DNA from: Oopsacas minuta
Lineage: Eukaryota; Animalia; Porifera
Assembly (NCBI GenBank): GCA_024704765.1
Contig: JAKMXF010000077.1
Location: 62,001 to 126,000, forward strand
Length of the DNA stretch: 64,000 bases
Reading direction: 5' to 3'
Both the position numbers and the translations under genes were made by a program. Under the pieces are notes generated by a model, which was not told where the DNA came from, made no database searches, and saw only the letters and a list, made by a program, of their open reading frames with translations. Shown here piece by piece: positions 22,085-37,583 of this stretch; the stretch's first letter is position 1, and each line of letters opens with the position of its first letter.

Positions 22085-24527
22085 ACAGTCAACTTAGTTT
22101 TGTTATACAAACAAAATTATGAATGGATACACTCACTTTCAGAGTGCTCCTTTGGGTATTTCCAACCCAAATGTCTATCAATTCGGTACATTGAAATATT
22201 ATTTATGATCTAGCAAAACTATAATCAAAGTGAAAACTAGTAATTTCATGAAAATTGACTTCCATAATTTGACATGATTAGAATATACAAAATATTGTTG
22301 CCTTTTAACTAATTCAACAATCAATTCATTATATCAAGTCTAACAATACTTCAATACTTAGCGTATTTTTGAAAGGATTCCACATAATATAGGCTCTTAA
22401 AGTCGATATTTGGGCTAAAAATATGACGTCATGAATAATGACTTTGCTATTTCAAATATATATACCATAAACGGATATTATTGATGTAATGACAATCGAA
22501 ATCTTGAGAAACTCAAATAATTCGAGTAAGCATAGAGATTCAAACAAGATTATTGAACATATAGCTAAAAGGAAAATTAAAATTGAGATTTTGTATCACA
22601 ATCATGCACGTACCGCAAATTCGATATTGGAGCATTTTAAGAAAATGCCAAGAATTGTGTAACCGTCAGAATGAGATATGAATTGATCGTTGAAATAGTG
22701 AAATAACTACACAAACAGTCGGTAATATACGATCATGTCAAAAATTGAGAATATTTTAGTTCAAATTTTCATGAAATGATAAATGTTCACATTGATTAAG
22801 GTTCTGCCTGTCCATAAATAATATTACCATCGATAAAAATGATAGCATTATGTGGCTTGGCGGACACTTGAAGCAATCTTCCTTTGATTAATTGTTAAAT
22901 AATACTCTTTGGGTAAGAATATCTAGATATTTAGACATCAATGTCAGTGTAGTATTCGAAAAGCAACATATCATAAATTTAGCCAGAAGAATTTGCTTAG
23001 CTTTCAAGTCAACGCTTTTCGAAATTAAAATAGCAACATCAACTAATAACCTATCGTGTAAAAAGTTATACAAGCTTGTGTACATAGTAAGCATTTGGGT
23101 GGAAATAGCTATCTTTACACTATTAGACCATCAATTCGATTAGCTTAGGATACATTGAAACTTATAAATTTGGAATTTAGTTAAGAATGAAATATTGGTA
23201 TTGTTGTTAGATTAACGAAAATCAGCATTGTACTGTAGATCGAAATATTCGGAATGCTGTTTATCAAATTGATCAAGTTTCATTTGATAAATTTTTAGCA
23301 AATGTAACTTAAAAGAGTATATTCTATGAAGGTTTACGCAAGAAATGCATATTGAAGATTCAATTTTAGATAGAAGATTTTTGTTTTAATGTTCGTAATT
23401 AAAAGAAACAAAAATATTTCACCACATCATTTTAACCAATTCTGGAACCCAAAACGAGATTTAAGCACCCTTTAGTGGAATATAATAAGATATTTTCCCG
23501 GCAAAATTCTAACACGGTTTCCACAAATTTGGATACAATATATAGTGGCAAAGAGAGATTCCGGAGCATATTTTACACCGATGAAGATGCACGACATGAT
23601 TTAGTATTACTGACCTATACTTCTGTGGATTATGGTATCCTTTCACCATGTAACAAGTCACTAAAATACACGTTTAGTTTTATCGATGCTTCACTGGAAG
23701 GTGCTAAAGTAAGTAGAATATTGATGTTTATCCCTCTCATTTAATCTTTGAAACACTTTTTTATAGCCTTTTTCTAGTATTTTTCTTTGATGACAAATTT
23801 CTCGTTGGAATACCAACAGAACAATGAGTGACACCATGATAGACAAAATATTCCTGTACTATCGTGTAATGTCTGACTACTTATATATACAGATAGTATA
23901 TCTACCTTATAATGTTAGAAGATAAGTTGGTAACGTAAATAGAAGAATGTAATGGGCTGTATGTAACGTAAGAGAAATTGAAAATCTGAGTTTCATAATT
24001 AAATGCGAATTTCAAGAATCACTTATATATTACAACGAAAAATTTCAAGTAGGTATTAGGTGCCCGAAAGCTAAGTCGTATATATGGATTAATATACGAT
24101 TTTAGACTGTCTCAGGGAAGATTATCGACAGTAATAAATATATACAAACAAAATATGGGCACAAGTTGAAATATTCATAACATATATGTTGTACTAAATT
24201 GACATGAACTCTCAGAAGTATTAAAAATAATAGCTACAATTAGCAAATTAATATATATTAGTGTGAAAGTGTTAACCCAGAAAATGAAAGCGGAGTGGAT
24301 TTCATTGCAAATCAACACGAAAAATTGCACGTGATGCAATTGGTGAGACAATAAAGAGAGAAGCAGCAAAAGCTAGCCTGTGAGCACCTACCACTGGAAC
24401 ATTGACCAAGTTATGAACATAGTGAATGAGGCTTCTTAGAGGAGAATTGTAATATTGAACTATTTTTGGTAAATTTTCATCTCTATAAACTCGAAGGAAT
24501 TATCTTAAAATTTTCTCCTAAGCTGTA

Positions 24528-25838
24528 CAGGGTGTCTAATAAGTTCTATCATACATTTTCGCGCCTTAGCAGTAGCTATTAATATACTTATGAAGTAATC
24601 TTCTAGAATTTCTTGTAGCATTGTTGGCGCTCTTTCAAATTGTACCAAGTATATATCATTCAAGTTGATGATTTCCCAGAAAATCATGTTAGAAGAAATT
24701 CGTTCAAAAATTGTCACTTTTCACGAATCTGGATTTAGCAATAGTGAAATTCTAAAAAGGCTAAAAAATGATAAAGTGAATCCCATGTTGATCTATCGCA
24801 CAATAAAACGATATATAGAGACTGGGAGCGTGTCGGACAGGAAACGAATTGGTCGTCCAAGATCCGCCCGCACACCAGCCCTGAAGAATAGTGTTAGATG
24901 TCGAATCCTAAGAAATCCCCGGCGTTCAATGCAAAAAATGTCTCGTGAATTATGTGTCAATCACGAAACGATGCGGAAATTGGTTGTAGAGGACCTAGGA
25001 ATGAAGTCCTATAAGCGGAAAAACGTACACCATCTTAACGACTCCATACGTCGTAAGCGACTCGAAAGATGCATACAACTAAAAGCCCGATTCGCTTCTG
25101 GGACTGAAGATCAGATTCTCTTCTCAGATGAGAAGCTGTTCACTGTTGAGGAGGCAAGCAATCGTCAAAACGACCGTATACTTGCTTCTCGAAGTCAGGA
25201 TATCCCAGATAGCATCAAGTACATTGATAGAGTCCAGAAGCCTCTTTCTCTGATGGTATGGGCGGGAGTGTCGGCAGACTCACGGACAAACCTGATTTTT
25301 GTCCCCCAAAGAGTGAAAATAAACTCCCAGACGTACAGAGAACTGGTCTTGGAGCCTGAAATTGCGTCTGCGGGTGAGAAGCTCTTTCAAAACCATCCTT
25401 GGAATTACCAACAAGACTCTGCGCCTGCACATGCTTCAAAAGTATCCCAGAGTTGGTTCCGTTAGCAAAATATCGATTTCATAAGTAAGGATGAATGGCC
25501 ACCATCAAGCCCAGGTTTAAACCCACTCGACTATTCTGTTTGGGCAAACTTGGAGAGCAGGGACTGTGCGAAATCTCACAAGAGTTTGGAGTCCCTCAAA
25601 GTTAGTTTGTTGAGTGAATGGCAGAAAATCCCACAGGAGGAGCTGCGAAAAGCTGTCCATCAGTTTCGGAGCAGACTAACTTCCGTAATTCATAAAAAGG
25701 GAGGCTATATTGAATGATATTTGTAATTTGTAATTAGTAACATAAGTCCTAAGAAAATAGAAAGTTTCATGGCTTTACAATGGATAAATTTGAAATTATT
25801 GGGGAATTGATATATAACAGAACTTATTAGACACCCTG
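24528..25838 (+). mobile_element. maT (DD37D) transposon 2, 1311 bp
   Basis: 20-bp perfect TIRs CAGGGTGTCTAATAAGTTCT. TA on both flanks. Confidence 0.93.
24686..25717 (+). pseudogene. DD37D transposase with one nonsense codon
   Basis: MLEEIRSK...FSDEK...QQDSAP. TAG at 25463-25465, after which the frame continues WPPSSPGLNPLDY...GGYIE* to 25717. Confidence 0.92.
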
Positions 25839-28800
25839 TATAAATTTTGTATCAAATAGAATTATTCACCGACAGGAACCCACTCACAAACTACTCAATA
25901 CAATTCTGCAGATCCATATACATACTAGACAACAAAATACACTTTTCATCAAAACTGAACCAAAACCGGACAGAGAGGACTAAAACCCCGCACTTTTAGA
26001 AAGATATATTTAAGTGCCAATAATCTTAATGGATATAGTTGAAACTAGCGCACTTCGCTTGCTATGTTGCTGTTGGAAATCATAGTCCATCAGTTTAATA
26101 TAACTATTAGTAACTTAAAGTTCTAACTGCATCTGGTAGCTACGCGATGGGGAGATACACGACAGTTTGTGTCTCAAGTGTAAAATTGTAGAAATTTAGG
26201 ATTTAATTATTTTGTTGTATCCCAGATGTGCTTCAAAACGTTGGCACGTTCAAGATGCATAGAAGTGACAATGGGTTGCATATTTTGGTAAATCTTTACC
26301 TATGTATAACTTGAAACCCTATATAGATATATTCAAATCCTATTGGAAACAATTTATGTTTAGCAAATCTGAGATACTTGTTAATACGTCTTGAAGTCAC
26401 ACCACAAATAATATAAACGTCAGCTTGAGCGTATTTATCATTACAATATTTCCAGAAAACATAATCATAATATTCATCATACATTTTTGAAGTAGATAAT
26501 CATAATTATAATCATAATCATTCAGTGGTATTCAATCGTAGTTCTGATATAGGCAGTCATCAATTATGATATAATTGAATGAGGACATTTTGGCTACATT
26601 TCTTTGAATATATAAGTTGGAATAAGATTTTAGTTTTCAAAATATACTATTAAAATTTTAAAGTGAAATAAATTGTTCTTATTGTTGAATAAATCTGAAC
26701 AATAGCTAATGAGGTTGGAATACAAATTTCCTAATTATTGCATAATAAGGAAATGCTATCGATGTGATAATTTCGAATACTATCCATGGTGTATTGGAAA
26801 AGTACATACATCACCTTTATGTGAAATTAAATTCAGACTTGCCAACCTGATTGAAGAAAATGCGGGACGATATGAAATTGATTGAACATAGATGGTCGCA
26901 GAAGATAAATTAGCAATTGGCTGGACTACAAAAAGTTTTGGTGGAACATTAGCCTCATTGGCCCTTATCACATGTCCGGAAAATCGGGACGTCACTCCAA
27001 AAACGGACAGATTGCAAGTAGAAAAATTATTTCGATTTTCTTCCAGAAAAATACTTCAAGAATCTTCACATTGAATTCCACAAATAAAATACATCTCTTG
27101 CTACCAGATTCCCTTGTCCATAGTTTCGAAACATGATTGGTTTATGGACGCCTTGATAAATTAGTCAAACATATTTCAGGCTCCAATTGAGTAATATCTT
27201 ACGTTCATGGATTTGGAAAAAATTTGGCCAAATCTGGTTCAGGATAAAATTTGTATTGGACACTGAATTATGTCTTTCCAAAGGAATATTAATTGTACCG
27301 ATATTGTAGAAGATATAACCCTTAACTGTAGCTTGTGAATTTTGGACTAGGTGTACCTTCGCAGATACAACCCCAGATAAATGAATCCTATTTCGAATAA
27401 ACGGTGTATTTTAAATAGGAAAATTTATTTGGTATTGGGAGGGAACAAATAATCAACCATAATATCAAAAAGTTTTCAGGAATGAGTCAAAATATATTTT
27501 GCGTAAATTTGGTAGATTGGGCCATATTTGGATGCCAATTAAGCAAGTACATGTTGTATCTTTCATTTCATAGTGAAAATATCCAACATCCCAAAGATTA
27601 ATCTACAGCGGAACTTCCAATAACGGCCCCTTCACATATGGACAACCTACAAATGACGGAGCTCTCGCTACACGGATTGCATTTAGTATCTGTCATAAAA
27701 ATAAGCAACCTCAAATCCACTGACTCCGAACGCCAAATAAGGTAATGTGATTTGGTCTCAATAAAATTATTAGTATATTTTGCCTCGAAAAACTGACAAG
27801 TGCATCTTGTATATTGGAACAATCCTGCCCGCTCGCAATATACTTTTGTATTACGATGGTGGGTGTGAGTAACAACAGGGGAAAATGCGGGCTCGTGTTC
27901 CCAGCGGCAACCCTTTGGGGTGGTATTTAAGAATTTTCTTCTCACAAATAGAAAAACAGAAAGTAATAGCCATTTGAATTATCGTACAATTTTTCAGGCA
28001 TTTTTATCAAGGATATGAGTTACCAAAAGATACAAAAATATTATTAAAAGAATGAGGGTAATAGATATAACATCTGAATTCCAAACATCCAAAAACAAAC
28101 TGCCGGCTGGGCGGAGTGAATACAACTTTAACACCGAATATATGTTAACAGGCCTTAGTCTTATCAGGAAAGGGATTTAGGGCTACATTGCAACTAACCA
28201 TAATTTCCAAAAAGCTTTTTGAAAATGAAACCAGGAAATGTAATAAGGACGCCGCCCAATTCAGCCCCCCTTGACGCCATTGGTAGAAGGATCACGTATA
28301 TATTGTATAAGAGGCGTAGCTAGGCCCTCGACAAGGACTGGGTAATACCATGTGGTAACTGAGAAACAAATATACTCCCTACTAATCTACGCTAGTTCAT
28401 GATCATGTATGATCATGCAAGTAGTGGAATATACCTCTCACATAGTTAATCATGCATAATCCTGAATGATTATGGATTAGAATTCAACAAGAGTCAGAGC
28501 AATGAATAAAAACAGTACACAAGGAAAACTTCGACTCTTAATACTCAATTCTTTTCTTACCCTCAATATCATGTTATGCATAACGCAAATTTTAGGTATA
28601 TTCTTGTATATGCTATGTAGACAAGATTTATTAATAAAGTTGAAATCAGATAATTTTGTCCATCTACTTGATTGCACTGCCAAAAAACGACAGAATAACC
28701 CGATAAACAAAAATACCCAGCTAAACACTGATAGACAAAAATATTTTGATAGCGGATATACGCCAATTGAACATAAACACGAAGGCTGCATATTGATTCC

Positions 28801-29313
28801 AATTAATTTGGCCACGTGAAAATATAGTATTATGATACTTCATTGAAGTATACTATCGAACAATATAAGTCAAACAGATTTCAACATATATTATGATTAG
28901 TGTTGGAACTATGACGGTATGTACAAGTATTACGGGCATCACACAACGTAATCGCCTAATTCTTCGGCACAATTTGAAAATAAAGTTGTTTCTATTTATT
29001 TGAGTAATTCGGATTGCATATTAGAATTGCACAACATTTTCATATACAGATTGATAACAGCTAATTGAAATATTTCGAGCCAAATGTGCACTTTACAGAA
29101 TGATTTCACATATCGAAATTGATGTAGGGAGGTATTCCAACGTGTGATTAAAATATAGGCTATCTCCCTTTAGCCATGCCCCTGGACGACTATACAGCAT
29201 TATGGTTCATAATAGACCACCAGTTGGATTAGTATCCCCAGGAATGTAGCCAGCGTGTATCCAGCTTGAATGTTTAGACTCTAGAATGTAAAGTGGGGGA
29301 ATGAACAACAGTA

Positions 29314-30624
29314 CAGGGTTGGGCATAAGTTCTGCCACATTTTTAAATAATCATACTTTCCGATTGATATATTGTATTGTGTTGAAATCGGTATGTACTA
29401 CTAAATATGGTATATAGATTCGTAGATACGTTAATTATTCGATATATCTTCCTTTTCCTTCAATTACAGCCTTTAGTCTCTTAGGGAAGGCCTCTACTGC
29501 GGCACGAAGTGTTTCTTGGTGTATTCTCTCTCATTCTCGACACGAACACTTTTCAGGGAGTCTATATTGGTGTGAAACTTCAAACATGCCCTCGTTTCTA
29601 AAATGGTCAGATAGAATAATCCATTGGATTTAAATCGGGGCTATATGGTGGCCATTCTTCCTTTTAAATAAAATCTGAATTATTGCTTCGAAGCCAGGCC
29701 TGAGTGGCATACGATGTGTGGGCTGGAGCACCATCTTGTTGGAACACAAAGGTTTTCCAGAAAACATAGTTTTAGAGAGACCTTGTATTACAGGTTCTAA
29801 AATTAGCTCACGGTAGGTTTGGGTTTCGATTTTTACGCCCGCAGGCACGAATATGAGTGGTGTCCGGCCAATTAATGATATTCCCGCCTAAACCATGACT
29901 GAAAGTGGCTTGTGTATACGGCTCAGATATCGAAGTTCTTCTGGGATAGTTGAAATTGAGGATGTGATGATGCGATCATTTTGAAGGTTCGTTGCTTCCT
30001 CAATGGTGAATAATTTATCATCTGAGAACAGGAATCAATTGAGACCATGAATCGCGTGCGTCTTAAGAAGTCCCTTGCTTCTCGATGCTCTTTTTGCCTT
30101 CACTAGGGTCGTGATGTGATGGACTCTCTTTCTCTTGAAAGAGCGCATATGCAAGTTATTTTCAACAACTCGTCCGATTGTTCTACGTGAAACTCTTATT
30201 CTTTGGCCATTTTGCTCATTGACCGGCGGGGATTTCGGCAAATTCGTTGACGTAGTACTTTTTTGAGCCTTTGAGTCGTTACAGACTGGGGACGGCCAGA
30301 TCTTGGTTTATCAGTAATCCCGCCAGTCACTTCATATCGCTCAATTGTTCGGGTAATGAATTTCCTTCTACTATTAGGGAATTTCAGAAGATTGAAGATT
30401 TCTGACGGATTTTCCTGCTTGAAATAATTCAATGATTTTCGACTTCAATTGCTCCGTGACAAATTATATTATCGCTTCAAAAGGCCAAGATAATATAAAA
30501 TTTCAGGGAAAGAGTGAAAAATATATATTATAACAAAGTCTGAACTAAATGACAGATACCAATAACTAATGGGATAATTTTTGGCTGGATTATAATATTG
30601 TGGCAGAACTTATGCCCAACCCTG
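29314..30624 (-). mobile_element. maT (DD37D) transposon 3, 1311 bp
   Basis: 26-bp perfect TIRs CAGGGTTGGGCATAAGTTCTGCCACA with TA flanks. Multiply frameshifted transposase at about 29435-30456 (FSDDKLF, QQDGAP-37 aa-PMDY). Confidence 0.92.
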
Positions 30625-31269
30625 TAACATTGTACCTATCTAGCATGGCCAATAGAATCGTTATATTGACTCAGGTAGGAAATTGCTCATCTTATATATG
30701 TATTTCAACATTCTGTTGCGTGAATTGTTTGTTGCATACTTAGGAGACTCCTTTCAATAGAGCCAGAGTTAGTAAGGGAACATGGTTAATAGTGTCACTT
30801 AGTCGGATAAAAACAAAGTTTCGAATGACTCTGCAAATTCGGCCCAACACTCCTTATTCAGCTTAAGTGTAAAAGTCAGGTTACGATGTGACACTTTAAG
30901 CAGAGTTAACTGGTATGAATTACATGAAATTAATCATAGCACAAAAGGAGCACGCTCATATTTCAAGGAGCAGAACATTAAGTGCACAAATTACGAAAGC
31001 AACCATAAAGATCGTATTATAATTTGTAAAAGGATATTCATAAATGAGTAACTATTAGTCAGTGATCATACACAATAATGAATACAAGAAACTATTTCAT
31101 AAATTGAGAATTTATCATTAAGAAAGTTACACTAGATGATGACTTCCCGAGTGGGGTAATCATTATCACGATATTGTTATTTTCATAATGAAAGGATGTT
31201 TGAAAATGGGTAACTATATAAATATGCTAATAACAAAGAATATGATAAACTTGATCACAGAATATGGAT

Positions 31270-32260
31270 AGTAAAAGAATTGCCACCAGTTGAGCGATGA
31301 TGATATCAAAAACGGATTTATGAAATCACAGTGCAATGAGCGCTTCGAATGTGCTTGTAATGCGAACAAGTATTTCTAACGAAGGAATGAAGTCTCTATC
31401 AAAAATCACGGCGCGGAGACAAGTCAAATAAATATGGTGAAATCTCCAAAAACTTGCAAGACAATCCGAAACGAAGGACAAAATCTCTGGAAAAGTTGAC
31501 AAACAAAATATAGATGGCTTGGTTGCATCATAAAACATTCCGTTATTAAAGCTAATATTGGTAAGCCACATACTATTGCTGAAAAACTCATTCCTCCCGC
31601 AATTTCAAGAAGTAGTGACTATTTCTATGCATGAAAATGGTCGAAATGTAATACACTCCATTCCACTAAGCAATGTTACTGTTGCGAGGAGAATAAATAA
31701 GATGGGTATAGAAATCGAAAATTCACCATGTGATATATTCAAAACGACGGAATTATCACTCAAATTTGACGAATCTTCTCTTGAAGGAAACTAAAGACTA
31801 CTTCTCACATACGCCCGAATCATTCAAAGGGGAGAGTTGGTTGAAGAATTGCTCTTTGCTAGGCCGCTCGTAACAGTTCAATATGTGAATCAAATTTCAA
31901 AGTTGTGGAAAATATTTCCAAGTAATAGAAATACCTTTGCTAAATATTATTGCACGAACAGCAGATGGTGCTTCCGCGATGGTGATTGACATTGTGGGTA
32001 TTTCATAAATGAGATGCGCTGTTCCTGAACTTATTGCTATTCACTGCGTTGTTCATCACGAATATTTGGTTGCTAAGCATCTTAGAGTGCGCTTGCATGA
32101 CTCATAAATATAGTCATTACTGTGGTAAACAATACAAAATCGACCGAACTTAAAGACGGGATATTTTGTTACCTTTGACTTTAAAATGAAACAAAATTAG
32201 AATGTCTATTTTCCATATAAATGTTAGATGACTCTCGAAAGCAAATTGTCCCAGGCGATC
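31270..32260 (+). pseudogene. Degraded Buster/SCAND3-like hAT transposase fragment
   Basis: BED-like relic, KPH-I...IPLSNVTVARRI, LKFDESSL, ADGASAM and IHCVVH in order. Many stops. Confidence 0.7.
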
Positions 32261-34779
32261 CTATTCTCTTATTGATACCATTGTTGAATTTTCGAAGGGC
32301 TATACTAGTGATAATAATATTAGAACTTCTTTGGTGGGGGCGTAAGGGGGAATGAAAGGTTAAATAATGCTTGGCTGGGGGTGTGATAGCATAGTACCGC
32401 TGCATTGAGTCATAACAGCTATAAACCTTGATTAGCACCAAGAAAATGAGGCCAAAGTAATGTAGAATGAGCTAAATCAAGGATTTGTCCTGAGATAAAA
32501 TATAGAAGAAGGAAAACTCTAGGAAAGTTTCTTAGTACAATATTCTATTGGGAGAAGCGTTTAGGACACTTGCCCCCAGCGATAATTGGCCTCGTTTCAT
32601 CACTGGGGAAGCATAATCTGCAGGGCCCAGTAATTCCGGGGTATGCAGATGCCAACGCAAATGGCTCAAGTTGTCAGCTATGATCATGTACATCATATCG
32701 AAATAATGATACGCAATGAATCATTTGTAGTCAGAAGATTTATCATTCCAAAGTATATGCTAATAATACGATAAATTAAGCTCTCTATACAAGTTCATTG
32801 GTCCATCATTTCTGTCAATAATAATTGCGCTCTCTGGGTATATAAAGCTTACGTATATATACATATTTGTGATTTCCAGTCCATAACCACCTCCTTTACG
32901 AATTTCCCCATGTCAATTTGCATTAGAGATGTTCAGTCCCGAAAAACCGCAAAAAAGGCTGTGTGATCTCATAGAGCCCATTAGACAAATCAACCGGTCT
33001 ATATTTAGCTAAGCCCATTACCCAAGGATGGACTTCCAATATAAATTTGTGTCCCTAAATAAAGTACAATGAGATTCATTCGTATATTGTGTGGTTGTTA
33101 CTTATTCTACGAAAGGAATAATCAATGGATTAAGTAAAATTGTGAAACATCATAAGAATTATGAATTGATTACAATTGCACTAAATTCAGCAAAAAATAG
33201 TATATTGAACTTAGCTACACACACAAAGTGCGCCAATATAATTTTTGTGTAACATATTTGTCATTAATAACTAGGTTTGGGAATTACATTACTAATATGC
33301 ATTTCCTATTGTATTCTCAAATCAAATCCAAACATCATGAATTAAGCATAGGCATGCCTGCTATGATATTTCCAAAATCTGGTGGATTAGTTCCCCACGC
33401 TATTTTCAATCTCTTAGAAATTAGAGAGCTGAGGGGACGATTTTAACTTGCCCATGAGTAATTCTGGAGTTTTAGGCCTTTGGAGAGCTCCAATAGATTC
33501 TTTCAAATAGCAATGCACAGTTGATGTGGATAAAGATGCATTTCTCACTAATTGTAAATTCACTTGATGCACAATAAACTCTCGCTACAACTTAGTCGGA
33601 TATAATAAAACTCTAGATATAACGAATTGCTTGAAATCATTTTAAATTACTTCTACAACAACGAAATCCGCACATAAATAAATGGAATAGGTGTAAAAAC
33701 CAACCGATATAACAAGAGTTTGGAGTAAGTCAATCTACTTATAAGCAAATGTTCATGAAGTTAACAATATAATATATGGCTTCAGCAGGGTCAGAAGTTA
33801 ACGCACAGGACCGAAATACGGTTAATTTGGCCAAGTAGATGTCGGCATCTCTCTTTAGAAATCTCGCCACGAAATGTGAAATATACAAATCACATGTTTT
33901 ACAATAGTCTCTCAATACGTACAGCTACTACATTTTTAGAACTGTGAATTCAGGAGTGATTGTATAGCACAATGTTGGCTCATCTTGATCTTGGAGAACG
34001 ATACACAACCAAAGATTTAGATCTTCGAGCAACAGCGAACAAAAATTGATTTAATAAATACAAACAATACAATCAAATGCAAACACAGTAAATTCGATAT
34101 TATGAATGTAAAATCATTCGATCTAATGCGAACTTTACGAAATTTGATTAAATTCAGCGTCCGGAGATATTTATAATGGGAGATTGGGATGTACGTTGTC
34201 TAAATATTGAGGCATAAATACGCGAAAAAAGAATACAATAAAACAAACCAAAAATAATGCGAGAGCAACGGGTAGATAGAAGGAATAGTAAGCAGTCTTG
34301 AATTTGACGATGGTGGCATATCTACAAATTAAACAACATAATGAAATGTTATAATAAAATTATACATGTATCCATAAATAGTTTGGAGTATAGTACAATT
34401 TAACTACTAAGAGAATTAACCATGAATTTGTGGCTGGAAATGTAGAAATCATGGGCAACTAGAAAAGCAAGCTAGCTAAGTAACATATTATTAAAATTTG
34501 ATAAAAAGTGATGCGATTGAACTGTATTTGGAAATTGCTTAATTAGTAGCGAGATTTAACACCTCTTCAATGCTGAATGACATGAAGTTTTCTAGCTCTG
34601 AGAGAATGGAGGGGGAGCTCTGCATGTTAATAAATAAATACTTAGGTATTCGATTAGGCATTTAGTAATTGACAAATAAGACTATCAGCTGTAGTATACA
34701 AGAATAATAATGGCATCATGATCCGCATAGCTTCAATCCACTTCCCAATGCACCAGTTCTAATTAAGGGATCTGGAAAG

Positions 34780-35640
34780 ATTTGCCAAGTCATAGCCTAC
34801 TAAAAATAAGTCCTAACAGTAACTTCATTTTTTGTAGCAGGGATGTATACCCTTCAAAGACATCCGTTTAAATGACAATCTCTCAATACCCTTGATCTTA
34901 CACGATGAGCGTTTCATATATATAGCTCGTAGAGTGTATTGGTTAGATGCTTGGCATTCCTTACCTGGAAAATCGGGTAAATTGAGTTAGCAAACGCATA
35001 CTAGTTTGAAACACGCTCGTATTGCTTTAGAACAGATAACAAACTATCTAACTGAGTCTTGTGGATTTTCTTATGTTTTGTCTTGCATTTCTGAAAACAA
35101 ACCCATTGGAACATCATTTTGGACTCTATTGTATGATGCCTGGTTCGAATTATCATATTTCCTACATTCAAATTCTCGAATCCGAGTGTCGTCTTAAGCT
35201 CTCCAACATCCATAAAATGTTTCTGACCAACAAGACTCTTGTCAATCTATATATTCCCTTGTCAATCTGTATATTCTTTTGTCAAATCTTTTACTTCACC
35301 CTTTAGTACTTCTAGTGATGCCCAAATAGATCTTGAGCCATATCTTGATGGAATCGGTGATGTATTATCCATTGAATACACTCAGCAGATACTCTGGTCG
35401 TTAGCTTTCATCGGAGAAAATTCAGTCTCTAAATTCTTGAAAGTGTTTCAAGAGTGTAGATTGTGCACTGATACGCTAACTTATGATAAAGAATTTATTC
35501 CTGATAGTGATTCCATTTCTCAATTCAAGCTCTTGTAATTAACAGATCGATGGGGGCTCAAATATCAATCTGAGCATGTTCTTAGCTCTGTCATCACTCT
35601 CTGGAAGATTCTGTTTGCTATTGAGGACAATGATCATTTG
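34780..35640 (+). pseudogene. P-element/THAP9-family transposase relic (C-terminal half)
   Basis: WLDAW...GKLS*QTHTSL, GFSYVL, NPLEHHFGLY...GSNYHIS...ILESE (like F.YVL...QTD.LE..FG.YRQ.SG.NYH.S), LAFIG...CRLC, DRWGLKY.S (like DRGGL.YPS). Confidence 0.72.
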
Positions 35641-37583
35641 GCGAATCTACTTGTACGCGCTCCAGCTAGAAAAATGTTAGTTGAGTTCACATTGATATAT
35701 ATGGAAGATGATGCAAGTATTGATATCTGGAAATCAAACTGTTCTATCTGTAATGTTACTAGATGGGATATCTTACGTAAACATATTTTTACTACTACTA
35801 CTAATTGCTTTCTGGCCAACAAGATTAAGAACTATAATTCACTTGTAACTTCTAGGGGTATAGAAAAACGTAAACTGAGAAAGTTCTCATGATTTTGTGA
35901 AGTGTATGTATTATTATTGTAATTGCATGCATTTACATTTATTATTTATGTTGATTGGGTTATTGTCCAATAACATTAGTTTCAATGAACTTCAAATAGA
36001 ATTTCAATATCTTAGTCTAATACCAGCGAGGGATCATTAATAATACTTGACAAAACATTTTGAGTAGATATTTAAGACACTAACAGAATTCTCCAATATC
36101 TGCTAATACCGCATCCCTGGTACTTTTACTGTTAGGCCTTATATTTGGTAGGCTATGGCCAAGTGAATAATACGTTGTAATAAAAATGCATTGATTGTAT
36201 GAGAGAGGTGTCGAAAAAATCACATATTTCTTGATAATATAATACAAATTCGTAAATACCACCTACTCGGAATGGTCCTTCAAACTTATGTTCATGCAAA
36301 GTTTGGTTGAAACCGAATGGGGAATCTCGGAGTTGGGCCAACATATATAAATATTTTGGGTTATATATTTAAATATACATTATGACAATCAGCTATCCAT
36401 AGACATACGTTTGAACAGTAGTAGGAACCAAGCTGTAAACTTGACTAAGATATGGCAATATGGTGATTCAGCTTAAAGAATTACTCAGTGAGTCCAACTT
36501 GAATTTCCAAAAAACACTGTACCCCTCAGTAACAGTTTCAACCTCATTGGTGAGGGGTCACTTTGTGGTTGGTAACAATTTTGATTACATTTTCTTTATC
36601 ATTTAAGTAAATATACGTTCAAAAACATCAAATATCATGGCATACTATACATAAGGCCTCACAAATGACTCTTGGTCTGGAGCATGAATGCACGTATCAG
36701 CCGAACTGATATATAAAGAATATACAGTCATTTTGATAAATCAACATTGATTGGATAAAACCTATTCTAGGATATATTCTCATAAAATATATAGTTTGGA
36801 ATTTATATACATATATCATACATTTTCCAAATAGGAATACTTGAAATAGAATTAAACATAGATACATAAATGAATAATATAATTAACAAACGTTACACAA
36901 TACCCAAGTACAATACGTAGACCCAAAAAATCATATTAGAAATTGTATCATACTAGAAATGATAAAATTCAGTAATGAATTCATATTGTAAGAGTTATGG
37001 CCATTTTGATGTTATAATTGCATTTTACGCATGCGAACTATCAATTATAGAAGCTTACAACTCAATTCGATACAGATTAGTTTTATAATATAGTTAATTA
37101 TCTAATCGCATGGTGGCAAGTAAAAGTTGGGACTCTTGAAATTGGCAGCATACAATAAGATGCAAATTAGTGGCACATGATGGCAAAGATTGCTAATTAT
37201 CACCTTAAGAAATAGCTAAACTAAATGAACGAAATACCTACAGATAATTATATATACAAAAGTATAATCTGAAAAAGTGTGAATATTTGTAAGTACATAC
37301 GATAATATACCTGAAAGAGTTGTGACTATATTTGTCAACATTGTCCAGGCGAAATTGATGAATCTGTTTATCATGAGAAATTTTCTAGCCACACTTTGTT
37401 GATTAAATAGATACTGTAAAAGTCAATTCCAATTACAATAAACTCAAATGTGATGGCATAATTGATTACTGTTCATAGCAAATCTTGTTGACTTGTTAGA
37501 CTTTTTCTATTTGAGACACACATGGTGCAGAAGTGGTACATATCAAATATGTGTGCGCCTATCTGTTATTACTAGGATATAGG

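Noticed and set aside
28477-28819. Three overlapping 77-112 aa hydrophobic ORFs
   Set aside because: No recognisable motif. Hydrophobic ORFs are expected in AT-rich DNA.
31325-31335. Additional bare CACAGTG heptamers (near 31327 and 61364)
   Set aside because: No extended TIR similarity. The first lies in hAT coding sequence, and a few chance hits are expected in 64 kb.
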